Below are positions 9,174 through 18,068 of a stretch of 64,000 bases of DNA, piece after piece. How positions within the stretch are numbered: the first letter of the stretch is position 1; every line of letters starts with the position of its first letter. Position numbers and translations under genes: made by a program. The notes below the pieces were generated by a model. It was given only the letters and a program-made list of their open reading frames with translations, was not told where the DNA came from and made no database searches. This DNA is from a virus: IMG/VR virus record IMGVR_UViG_3300017917_003637, positions 1-64,000 of that record. The stretch is one strand, 5' to 3'.

Positions 9174-10058
9174 ATGAAAGCAGTAAATTTATTCGATTTT
9201 GATTATGTTACAGAAACAATCAAAAACAAAGACAACACAGACAGCCGTTTCGGTATTGTTTATGGGCAAAAAGGTATGGTAATGCATACCAAAAAAGATA
9301 GCTACACTATCGTAGATACTATCGACTTATCAATGTTAGGACAAGCCTTTATTGACAAGGGGTATAGCGTTTCCACTTTCACCCACAGATTTGGCGAGGT
9401 TATTGGTCTTAACATCGCTTTGTCAAAAAACAAATTGACAAAAGTAGGGGATAAAACCTATAACGCAATTATTACCGTACCGAATAATGGTTGTGGTATG
9501 GGGTTTTTGTTAATCTTTGAAAATCGTTTAATTTGCGGTAATGGTGCAACCAAGAAAAACAAATTAGGCTCGTTCAATAGCCTTAAAATCCCGCACAAAA
9601 TTACCTACAAATTGTCGTTGGAATTGATGCAAAAAGCATTGGTGCAATTTGAAAGCATCATCGAGTTAATTGAGAAGCAAGACGAAGCCTTAAACGCTCA
9701 ACAAATCGATGAAATCGAAGCAATGCGTTTGCTTAACGTTTGGTTTTTTGAAAACGAATTTCCCGCAAGTCAAAAGAATGGCTTAACATTAGATGCGTTT
9801 CGCAAAGCACTTGCGGTTAACCCTGACGAAATCAAATGTATTGACCGATACAACGAATTGAAAGTGGCATTTAAACGTGAATTAGGTTTTAATGAGCAAT
9901 TAAACCTTAAACTTTCAAAGTACACGATTTTCGCTACTATCACAAACTATTTGAGTAGACGTGCGGAAAAAACGCAATCCAAAGCACCAACCGAAATCAT
10001 TATGCAACGCCAAGAAGCAAAAATCGACGGAGTGTTAAAATTGTTAGAAGCAATCTAA
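9174..10058 (+). CDS. DUF932/DUF945-like phage protein
   Basis: RLICGNG motif (R.vC.NG), upstream Y.IV motif and C-terminal helical region; ATG at 9174 after promoter at 9104. Confidence 0.6.
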   Translation: MKAVNLFDFDYVTETIKNKDNTDSRFGIVYGQKGMVMHTKKDSYTIVDTIDLSMLGQAFIDKGYSVSTFTHRFGEVIGLNIALSKNKLTKVGDKTYNAIITVPNNGCGMGFLLIFENRLICGNGATKKNKLGSFNSLKIPHKITYKLSLELMQKALVQFESIIELIEKQDEALNAQQIDEIEAMRLLNVWFFENEFPASQKNGLTLDAFRKALAVNPDEIKCIDRYNELKVAFKRELGFNEQLNLKLSKYTIFATITNYLSRRAEKTQSKAPTEIIMQRQEAKIDGVLKLLEAI

Positions 10059-10296
10059 ACCAAAACCCAACACAACCAAGAAACGCCCCACAAGGGCGTT
10101 TTTTTACGTTTATAGCTATCTTTATCCCAAAATGATATATAGATACCAAAATAAAATAAACGTGCCTTAAATCGCCTTAAATCGCCAATGTACACTTTTG
10201 TGTCAGCGCCCCCGCGGGAGAGGTAAAAAAATTTGGTAGTTTAAATAATTGTTATATATCTTTGCCGCAGAATTAACCAATTAAAAATATTATATT

Positions 10297-10635
10297 ATGG
10301 GCGAATGGAAAAAAAACTTATTGAAACGCTATTATTTGTTTAACGTAAACGGAGAATGTATTGGCGAATTTACCAAAAAAGAATTGCTAAATAAATTGAA
10401 TGTTAAAGAATGTACAATAAATTGTGCGATAAAACGAGTTTCCGTTATCTTAAGGAAATATTATATTTCCCATGATAAAAATTTTAAATTACCAAAACCA
10501 AAATCACATAGTCATAACCCATTTCTATCCAAAAAATATTGGGGAATAACAAATCAAGGTTTTAAACAAGCGAATTTAGATTTTTTATTTGAATACGAAA
10601 TCGGTGTTTTTAACCAACAATCTTTTTTGTATTAA
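10297..10635 (+). CDS. NUMOD1-like small DNA-binding protein
   Basis: YLFNVNGECIGEF...ELLNKLNV...INCAIKR resembles the NUMOD1 HTH. Confidence 0.45.
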   Translation: MGEWKKNLLKRYYLFNVNGECIGEFTKKELLNKLNVKECTINCAIKRVSVILRKYYISHDKNFKLPKPKSHSHNPFLSKKYWGITNQGFKQANLDFLFEYEIGVFNQQSFLY

Positions 10636-10773
10636 TATAATAAATTTATCTTAAAAAAAACTTTAACGTTTCTTTAACGTTTCTTTAACACTTTTATCCA
10701 AAAAAATAGGTGTATATTTGCAGTGTTCAAATGAACGAAACGAAATTTAGTTTAACCAAAAATTCTTACAAAA

Positions 10774-11352
10774 ATGGACAAAAATCTTAAATTACTTGTA
10801 ACTGCAAAAACTATCAAAGGCACGTCATTTGTTGGGGTGCGTGATTATCAAAACACACAAGGCGAAGTTTCAAACTACACTATTAACGTTGGTTTTACTT
10901 ACGAAAACGTATTGACACACGATTTTACTAACCTTAAAAACAAACAAAAGGAAGTATTAACTATCCTTAAAAAATCTTACCCTATTGCCGTTATTAAACA
11001 AGCGTATAGCGAGGTTTACAATTCACTTGAAAAACGCCTATCCGATGAACAAACAAAAGCTGAATTAAGAGCCGAAAACGATGAAACTATTGCCCGTAGT
11101 GATGCCCAAATTAACGCCTATATCAATTTAGCCAAAGGTGTTAAATTGCACAAAGATACAATGCAGTTGCACGTTTTCGGTTTAGTAGTTAGAAAAACGA
11201 TTTTACAGCCAATCGAGTATAAGCAAACCAAAAGCCGAGAGCTAACAATCGTAAAGAATAAAATCAAAAAACTTTGCGAGTTTAAGCAAGACAAGTATAG
11301 AACGTTTATCTTTAACAAGTCCGAAATTAAAATGCAAGGTATCGCAATTTAA
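10774..11352 (+). CDS. hypothetical early protein
   Basis: ORF after the -7 box at 10713; terminator 11357-11382. Confidence 0.8.
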   Translation: MDKNLKLLVTAKTIKGTSFVGVRDYQNTQGEVSNYTINVGFTYENVLTHDFTNLKNKQKEVLTILKKSYPIAVIKQAYSEVYNSLEKRLSDEQTKAELRAENDETIARSDAQINAYINLAKGVKLHKDTMQLHVFGLVVRKTILQPIEYKQTKSRELTIVKNKIKKLCEFKQDKYRTFIFNKSEIKMQGIAI

Positions 11353-11532
11353 AAACAAAAGCCCTAACAAGGGCTTTTTTTTATGCCCAGAATTAAAGTG
11401 TTAAAATTATGTTAAAATTTATTATATTATTTGGATATATCAATTATTTGACTTGACCTCAAATAAGACGTTTTAAGCCACTTTGTTATAATATGGATAC
11501 AATATACCTATTTGAAAAGATAATGCCGCATA

Positions 11533-11606
11533 CCCCTCCCTACACCCCTCCTCCCCTCCGTTACCGCCCTCCCCTCCGCCCCCGTATGCCGAGCCAAACC
11601 CCACCC
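11533..11606 (-). other. G-quadruplex-like tract (C-runs on the + strand)
   Basis: Nine runs of three or more C within 75 bp in an otherwise AT-rich genome. Confidence 0.6.
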
Positions 11607-11615
11607 ATGATGATG

Positions 11616-11796
11616 TTCGCAAAATTTTTCTGGGAAATTTTTTTAGGTGAAAAAACAAAGTGGTTTTCGCAAAATTTTTCTGGGAAATTTTTTTAGCTGA
11701 AGTATTAGACCCCTTTTTCAAAAATTTTTTCTGGGAAATTTTTTTAGGTGAAATATTAAGACCCTCTTTTTCAAAAAATTTTTTTGGGAAATTTTT
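11616..11796 (+). repeat. four direct repeats, period 50-53 bp
   Basis: Core CAAAATTTTTCTGGGAAATTTTTTTAG at about 11620, 11670, 11719, 11772. Confidence 0.9.
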
Positions 11797-11853
11797 GGTC
11801 AAAATTATTCGGTCTTATTATTTACGGGTATTTATATTAAAAAAGTAATTAAA

Positions 11854-12825
11854 ATGATAAAATTGTTAGAACTTTACAATGGGTTGTTAGAATCCAAGGC
11901 AACCGAAGCTCAAGGCCTTAACATACTTAAGAAGGCTGGTGTAGAGAATGCTGATGGTGTTATGTCAGAATTTAAATCAGCTGATGCTAGCAACAATCAA
12001 AAGAATCTTCCAATCATGGCTTATTTGTATGCCAATGGGTATAAAGACATTCGCAACATAACTAGTGTTGTTAATGACTATAATCAGTTGGAAAAGATGG
12101 GGAAGGTTAAGACCATACAATTAACCAAACAAGGTATTGTGATGGGTGATACCATTTATAATGACTTTATAAAGTTTTCTGAGTTTATTGATGGCAAGAT
12201 GAATGAATTAAACAGGGCTAACCAAATAAAATCCAATGTTGCTGCTGATTTCAAGGCTGAGAAGAAGCCGATATGGAGTGGCAATGGCATTGACATATAT
12301 GATGGGTTGGGTGTTGGTAAGTGTATTTCATATACTCAAGGTGCGTTGACTGGTAAGGCTTATTCTTTTTGTATTGGTCAACCTGCTAACACGATGTATC
12401 AATCGTATAGGGATACCCAGACATCAACGTTTTATTTTATTGTGGATAGAAATCATTTTGCTGAGGACCCAGATGGTAGTGTTAATTTGGATGACCCTTT
12501 GCATATTGTTGTATTTGACAATACTCAGCATGGTGTTGAATTGACCGATGCTAATAATACAACTGGTATAATAGCTGAGCCGTTTGGTGATGACCCTAAC
12601 AAGTATGTTGAGTATTTGGAATCTAAGGGGGTTCCTGTTAATAAGTTGTTGGTGAATAAGCCTAAGACTGATGATGAGAGAAAAGAGGATGAGATGTTGG
12701 GTCAAAGGAATAGTAGTCTTGAATGGTTTATTAAATTGCCAATGGATTATAAGAGCAAGTATATTGGTAGGGGTCATGTGTTGACCAACGACCAATTTGA
12801 TTATTTAATGAGAGGTGATAAATAA
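11854..12825 (+). CDS. PcfJ-related Cys-motif domain protein, putative virion cargo
   Basis: KCISY...SFCIG...MYQSYR...FYFIVD block shared with 18069 and 26696; N-terminus ends in LLE. Confidence 0.55.
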   Translation: MIKLLELYNGLLESKATEAQGLNILKKAGVENADGVMSEFKSADASNNQKNLPIMAYLYANGYKDIRNITSVVNDYNQLEKMGKVKTIQLTKQGIVMGDTIYNDFIKFSEFIDGKMNELNRANQIKSNVAADFKAEKKPIWSGNGIDIYDGLGVGKCISYTQGALTGKAYSFCIGQPANTMYQSYRDTQTSTFYFIVDRNHFAEDPDGSVNLDDPLHIVVFDNTQHGVELTDANNTTGIIAEPFGDDPNKYVEYLESKGVPVNKLLVNKPKTDDERKEDEMLGQRNSSLEWFIKLPMDYKSKYIGRGHVLTNDQFDYLMRGDK

Positions 12826-12828
12826 AAG

Positions 12829-13443
12829 ATGAACAATAGGGATTTAATTAGACAATATGTTGACACTGGTTTACAGTTACCAAAATATCAAGTCATGCAA
12901 TTATCTGGCGCTGATAAAAAAACTTATATACGTAAACGACTTATTGCAACTAAGGATTCTATTGATATGTTTCGTTTAATGTCTTATGAAATTGATTTGA
13001 TGGATTCTGAAAATAAGGATAAGTATTATGAAAAATTATTTAAAGAAAACCTTAATTCAAACACTATAACGACTTTTAGAGTAATGGATAAATTTTTCTT
13101 TGAATTAAGTGATGAGATTAAATCAAAATTTTTGGATACAGTAATTGATAAAGGTATAATGTTACCTTCACATTATTTTAATGACTTACCGTTTACCGAT
13201 AAACTTAAATATTTAAAATGGAATGCTAGTCTTCCTTTAAGCAAACACACGATTTATGATGTTTTTAAATATTTAATTGAAGAGTTAAAAATATATTATA
13301 TTAAAAATTTAATAAAATATCATGGTGAAAATATATTAAACCACGATAGTATTCGATGGAAAATTGCAAACCACCAAGATACAATATATTTAGATTTTTT
13401 AAACATTATTAAAAAGTACAATTTAATTAAAGATGAACAATAG
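12829..13443 (+). CDS. helical repeat protein, paralog of 13433
   Basis: First ~37 aa nearly identical to the 13433 product (MNNRDLIRQYVDTG..P.YQ..QLS.ADKKTY.RK). Confidence 0.75.
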   Translation: MNNRDLIRQYVDTGLQLPKYQVMQLSGADKKTYIRKRLIATKDSIDMFRLMSYEIDLMDSENKDKYYEKLFKENLNSNTITTFRVMDKFFFELSDEIKSKFLDTVIDKGIMLPSHYFNDLPFTDKLKYLKWNASLPLSKHTIYDVFKYLIEELKIYYIKNLIKYHGENILNHDSIRWKIANHQDTIYLDFLNIIKKYNLIKDEQ

Positions 13444-14245
13444 GGATTTAATAAGACAATATGTTGACACTGGTGTGGGTATCCCTGAATATCAGTTTAA
13501 TCAGTTATCTGCTGCTGATAAGAAGACGTACTTGCGTAAGATAGAGATAGGGATTAAATATAATAGTAGTAAAGTTAAATATTACTATGCTGTTTTACCA
13601 GAAGAGTCTCAATTATATCTTGTTAATCAGGATAATTCAAAAATAGAATACATAAAAGAACCAACTGAGAAAGTTCAGTTAGTAGCAGTTAGAAAATCTG
13701 GTTACGCAATAAAATACATAAAAAATCCAAGTGAAGACGTTAAATTAGCAGCAGTTAGACATTGTGGTAATGCAATAAAGTACATACAAAATCCAAGTGA
13801 AGAAGTTCAGTTAGCAGCAGTTAAAGAATATGGTCTCACAATACAATACATAAAAAATCCAAGTGAAGAAGTTCAGTTAGCAGCATTTAGAGAAAATAGT
13901 CATGCAATAAAATACATACAAAATCCAACTGAGAAAGTTCAGTTAGTAGCAGTTAAAAAATATGGTCTCGCAATACAACACATAAAAGAACCAACTGAGA
14001 GAGTTATGTTAGCAGCAGTTAGAGAAAATAGTGATGCAATAAAATACATAAAAAATCCAAGTGAAGAACTTCAGTTGGAAGCGGTTAGACAAAATGGTTA
14101 CTCAATAAAATACATACAAAATCCAAGTGAAGAAGTTCAGTTAGCAGCTATTAATAACGACATTGATTCATTATTATTCATAAAAAACCCAAGCAAAGAA
14201 GTTAAGGTTTTATATAAAAAATTATATTATAAAAATTTAAGATAA
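13433..14245 (+). CDS. DUF4116-like 22-aa tandem repeat protein
   Basis: About 8.5 copies of IKYIKNPSEEVQLAAVxxxGxA (66-bp DNA repeats). Confidence 0.75.
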   Translation: MNNRDLIRQYVDTGVGIPEYQFNQLSAADKKTYLRKIEIGIKYNSSKVKYYYAVLPEESQLYLVNQDNSKIEYIKEPTEKVQLVAVRKSGYAIKYIKNPSEDVKLAAVRHCGNAIKYIQNPSEEVQLAAVKEYGLTIQYIKNPSEEVQLAAFRENSHAIKYIQNPTEKVQLVAVKKYGLAIQHIKEPTERVMLAAVRENSDAIKYIKNPSEELQLEAVRQNGYSIKYIQNPSEEVQLAAINNDIDSLLFIKNPSKEVKVLYKKLYYKNLR

Positions 14246-15879
14246 TGAATACAAGCATACGCAATATACTTAGAGAGGGTCTAATTCTAGAGGCCTCAAA
14301 GAAACAAATCCTTATAGACAAGTTAGGGTTTGACGAAAACTCAGCTAGCATACTTGATAGACTATGTGGTCCGTTGAGTGTTTGGATGGGCAACAAGATA
14401 CTTGATTATAATAGGTTAATGACAAGTAGACCTAATGATACTAGAACTCCAGAGGAAATAAAGACCAACATTATTGTAATGTCAAGATTATTTGTTAATA
14501 ATAATCGTCAAAACATTACATCTATTATGGACTGGGTTCGTGTTGGTCTTAATGGTAACTTAGGTCCTAACAAGGAATTAAGCTTTGGTAAATTATATGA
14601 AGCTTCTCAAAAGTGGCATGATGAATTGGAAGTTGGGTCAGGAGACGTCAACTATGTTGAGGAGAATCCTGTTATACTTGACTTTAGACAACCTGATGGC
14701 ACAGGATATTATTGGGCTGACTTAGAAACGAACAATTCCAAAGAGGAATGTGAGCGTATGGGTCATTGTGGTCGTAGTGGTGCTGGTATGATTTATTCGC
14801 TTAGACAAGTAATACAATTAAATGATAAGTATAAGCTTAACAAGTCTGTGTTGACTGCTGCTATTGGTACCAACGGTATTATATATCAGATGAAGGGTGG
14901 TAAGAATAGCAAGCCTGAGGCCAAGTATCATCAGTATATTTATCCATTGTTATTCTTAAAGAACGGTGATGATTATTTTATCAAAGGTTTTGGTAGTGAA
15001 TACGATAGTGCTAGTGACTTTAAGTTAACTGATTTTAGTGATGATGTTATTGGTGAGATATTTGCTAAGCGTCCTGAGTTGTTTAACAAAAGAGCTCTTA
15101 AGAAGAAATTATTTAAATTGGGTCTTATTGACAAGTTACCAGAGGAATACATATCGCTTGAGATTGCTCCTGATAGGGTTGATAGATATGTTGATGGTGA
15201 TTACACGGTCAGCAAGCGTACCATAAAGACTCCAGCTGGTGGTGAAAGAACCGTTGATGTTGGTTTATTTGAACTCATATTGGCTGGTGAAACATGGGAC
15301 TTGTGGGATAATTATGATGCGGATTGGAAAGCGGCTTTGCAGTATCATGCTGACAGTGATAGTGAGGCTAGAATTCGTGAGATATTGGTGGCCATGGCTG
15401 CTAAGAATGGTGTTGAGATTGATGAAGATTTATCGTTGGAAGATATGATAGAGGAATATGATGAGAATGAAGAGATTATCGAAGCTTTGAAAAGGGCTAC
15501 TGACGATGCTGAGTCTGATGCTTATGCTGATGATATATACAAGACATTAAAGAGCGCTCTTGAGGAATTGGGTGGTGTTGAGAGAATGGATGACACTGGT
15601 GTCGTATTGAGGGTTAATATGGGTCATTATTTGGATGAATTGGAGGATGATGTTTATGAAGAGATTTCTGACAGATGCGACGATGATTTGCCATGTATGT
15701 TTAATGAGATGATTGGTGAGTGGATTGATAAGCCTGATTTCAGATTTAATGACAGTTATTATTACCCAAATGTTAACGACGAATACTTCAATGAGTTATT
15801 GCAAGAAAGACTTGATGAGATTAGACTTGATGAGGGCAAAGTAATGATTAAGAATATGTTAAGAGAGAGATTTAGATAA
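14245..15879 (+). CDS. PcfJ-like domain protein with acidic C-terminal half, putative virion cargo
   Basis: EECERMGHCG...IYSLR...QMKGGKNSKP; IRNILRE tag at the N-terminus and IKNMLRE at the C-terminus. Confidence 0.6.
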   Translation: MNTSIRNILREGLILEASKKQILIDKLGFDENSASILDRLCGPLSVWMGNKILDYNRLMTSRPNDTRTPEEIKTNIIVMSRLFVNNNRQNITSIMDWVRVGLNGNLGPNKELSFGKLYEASQKWHDELEVGSGDVNYVEENPVILDFRQPDGTGYYWADLETNNSKEECERMGHCGRSGAGMIYSLRQVIQLNDKYKLNKSVLTAAIGTNGIIYQMKGGKNSKPEAKYHQYIYPLLFLKNGDDYFIKGFGSEYDSASDFKLTDFSDDVIGEIFAKRPELFNKRALKKKLFKLGLIDKLPEEYISLEIAPDRVDRYVDGDYTVSKRTIKTPAGGERTVDVGLFELILAGETWDLWDNYDADWKAALQYHADSDSEARIREILVAMAAKNGVEIDEDLSLEDMIEEYDENEEIIEALKRATDDAESDAYADDIYKTLKSALEELGGVERMDDTGVVLRVNMGHYLDELEDDVYEEISDRCDDDLPCMFNEMIGEWIDKPDFRFNDSYYYPNVNDEYFNELLQERLDEIRLDEGKVMIKNMLRERFR

Positions 15880-15882
15880 AAA

Positions 15883-15907
15883 AAAAGGGACCTTTGCGGT
15901 CCCTTTG
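15883..15907. terminator. bidirectional terminator
   Basis: AAAGGGACC-TTTGC-GGTCCCTTT between convergent genes. Confidence 0.8.
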
Positions 15908-15912
15908 TTATT

Positions 15913-17427
15913 TTATAGTATAAATCTTTTTCTAAGTGATTCTTTAATGTCTTCTTTTTGTTGAATTTGTTTAAATTCTTTTTCGATTCCAAGTCTCTTA
16001 GCAATTTCTTCTGGTGTGATGTGTGAGCCGTGAGTTGGTGAACCCATGCTTTCATCCATTTCTTGATGTTTGTTAAGTCTTGTGTTAACGTAATCGATAA
16101 GGAAGTTAACCATTTTAGATACTGTATCAAATACTGTTACCATATTTTCTGGGTTTCCACCCCACATGATTGTGTAGTTAAGACTTGTTGTTTTAAGGTC
16201 AAAGCCAAACGCGTACATAAACATCCATGCTGATATTTCTGCTTGTTGTTCGACGGTTTGGTTTCCATCACCTTCTCTTCCGACGAAGAAATCAATCTTG
16301 CCCTTAGACTTAAGATAGGTTTGGTGTAGGAGTTCGTGAGATATTTCGTGAGCAAATGTTTTGGTTGTACCAACATCGTTTCCTTCGTTTGCAAGCAATG
16401 TGATTTTTCCATTCTTAGAAACACCTCTTGCACCACCTAAGTCATCAGAAAAATCAACATGTATTCCGTGTTCGTCGCAAAATTCTAGAAGTGACATATA
16501 AATTGGTCTAACTGAATCGTCAATCATTCCTTCTTCAAACCATTTAACTTTTTTGATATCATCTTGAGCTCCAGTTATGAAATCTTCTTTGCCTTCCATT
16601 TGAACGGTTTGTGATACGTCGTATGCTGGAACAAGTTCAAATGCTGATGCTAGCATTGGTGGTCTTAATTTTGTTTTAAGTCTTATTTTTTCGTTTGGTG
16701 ACAAAGCGTCAACTGATGATTTTTTCAAAGAAGCCAAAAAGTCTTTGGTTATTTGTTCTTTTTTGTCTTTTGAATAACTATATTGTTTTCCTTTGGGTCT
16801 CCAAACTAGAATTGGCTTCGCGTCTGGTTTGATAGTTCTGTTGTAGTCTTCTCTCCAGATTTCTTTGTTATTTACGATGGTTGCATCTGGCATTTGTATC
16901 CAAATAAGCAATGTATTGGTTGGTGTGTATTTATAACCTAACGCGCCTCTAAATCTAAGAAACTTTGACATTGTATCTTTGAATTGTTCATCGTCTTGAA
17001 TGTTTGTTATTTGTTTTTTGAACAATAACAATTTGGTTTCAATTTCATCCTTTTGAAGTTGTGTTACTTTGACTTCAGGGTCAGAGGTATCAACCTCTGC
17101 TGAGTTTAAGAAATCAAGGATTTTATCTATTTCAAATTCAATCTTAGCAGCAGCTTCATCAGAACTTTGAATGCTTTTGATGAACTCCATGGCTGGTTTT
17201 ATATATTTGTTGATTGTTTTTTGTGGGTCTTCTTTATCAAGCCACCAATAATAATACTTTTCTTTGAAATTGTATTTCATATTGAAAGAATCTTGAAGAC
17301 GTTGTCCTATGCTTTTGTCGATAAAGCCTTTTAGCTTTGCAATTGGGTATTCACCTAAATTAGATTTAACTAATCTAATTTCTACTTCTGATAACATATT
17401 TTTCATTATATTGGTCATTTTACTCAT
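15913..17427 (-). CDS. ArdC-like ssDNA-binding domain plus zincin metallopeptidase (polyvalent-protein type)
   Basis: YTPTNTLLIWIQMPDAT...W...NRTIK...ILVWRP and YDVSQT (ArdC-N); AHEISHELLH...EQQAE (HExxH plus E). Confidence 0.8.
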   Translation of the reverse strand: MSKMTNIMKNMLSEVEIRLVKSNLGEYPIAKLKGFIDKSIGQRLQDSFNMKYNFKEKYYYWWLDKEDPQKTINKYIKPAMEFIKSIQSSDEAAAKIEFEIDKILDFLNSAEVDTSDPEVKVTQLQKDEIETKLLLFKKQITNIQDDEQFKDTMSKFLRFRGALGYKYTPTNTLLIWIQMPDATIVNNKEIWREDYNRTIKPDAKPILVWRPKGKQYSYSKDKKEQITKDFLASLKKSSVDALSPNEKIRLKTKLRPPMLASAFELVPAYDVSQTVQMEGKEDFITGAQDDIKKVKWFEEGMIDDSVRPIYMSLLEFCDEHGIHVDFSDDLGGARGVSKNGKITLLANEGNDVGTTKTFAHEISHELLHQTYLKSKGKIDFFVGREGDGNQTVEQQAEISAWMFMYAFGFDLKTTSLNYTIMWGGNPENMVTVFDTVSKMVNFLIDYVNTRLNKHQEMDESMGSPTHGSHITPEEIAKRLGIEKEFKQIQQKEDIKESLRKRFIL

Positions 17428-17462
17428 AAATATTATATTTATGGTTAAAAGACTTTATAGTT

Positions 17463-18065
17463 ATGAAAAATATCATTAAACAATTGCTTAGAGAGCAATT
17501 TGTAACCGAGGAAACATACACCAATGACATAGAAAAATTCTTGGACCAAGACCCTAAAAAAATGACAACGGGTACTGCGTATTACATTTCATCTATGGAT
17601 AGTTCTATGAACAAATTTATAACTGATGACAACGGAAACAAGATTGAAAATCCTATGTATGGCAAAGTGTTTAAACATACTAGATTTATATTCAAATGGC
17701 ATGACACTTATGAAAGAGCCATGAAGCGTGTTAACCCTAGTTATATCGCTGGTGAAAGACGTGGAGAGTATAAACCAGTTGAGGGTTATGATATGCTTGA
17801 GAGTGGTAAGAGTGGTTTATATTTCCCGATTGTACCAACTGGAAGCGAATATAATTTAGTTTTGTGTGATGGTGGTTGCAAAGTTGTTGATAAGAGCGTT
17901 ATTAGACCTTATTTGAAGCCTTCTACGGGAAGTAATTGGTCAGATGAAGGTAAACAACAATACAGACAATTAATTCTTGACAGAGCAGTCAAAATAACTG
18001 GTGGTGGCAACGAATGGATTAACAATAACCTAAAAGCTCAATGGCTTGGGGTTGGAAATGTTTAA
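17463..18065 (+). CDS. hypothetical protein with IKQLLRE tag
   Basis: ORF with ATATTTAT at 17435. Confidence 0.75.
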   Translation: MKNIIKQLLREQFVTEETYTNDIEKFLDQDPKKMTTGTAYYISSMDSSMNKFITDDNGNKIENPMYGKVFKHTRFIFKWHDTYERAMKRVNPSYIAGERRGEYKPVEGYDMLESGKSGLYFPIVPTGSEYNLVLCDGGCKVVDKSVIRPYLKPSTGSNWSDEGKQQYRQLILDRAVKITGGGNEWINNNLKAQWLGVGNV

Positions 18066-18068
18066 AAT

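Larger units (their letters stand above)
559..10720 (+). promoter_or_regulatory. array of about 18 Bacteroidota-type primary-sigma promoters (TTTG -33 / TAnnTTTG -7)
   Basis: Consensus TTTGGTAGTTTAAAAAATTGTTATATCTTTGCA with -33 boxes at about 559, 1442, 2324, 2767, 3308, 3985, 4248, 4908, 5320, 5790, 6264, 6850, 7212, 8048, 8541, 9104, 10232 and a -7 box only at 10713; each lies shortly upstream of an ATG. Confidence 0.9.

Noticed and set aside
11616-11796. CRISPR array
   Set aside because: The intervening sequences are short and similar to each other, the repeats degrade in A/T-run length, and no cas genes are present.
11473-11848. ORFs 11473-11802, 11493-11696 and 11660-11848
   Set aside because: They are translations of the C-rich tract and the DNA repeats, with low-complexity products.
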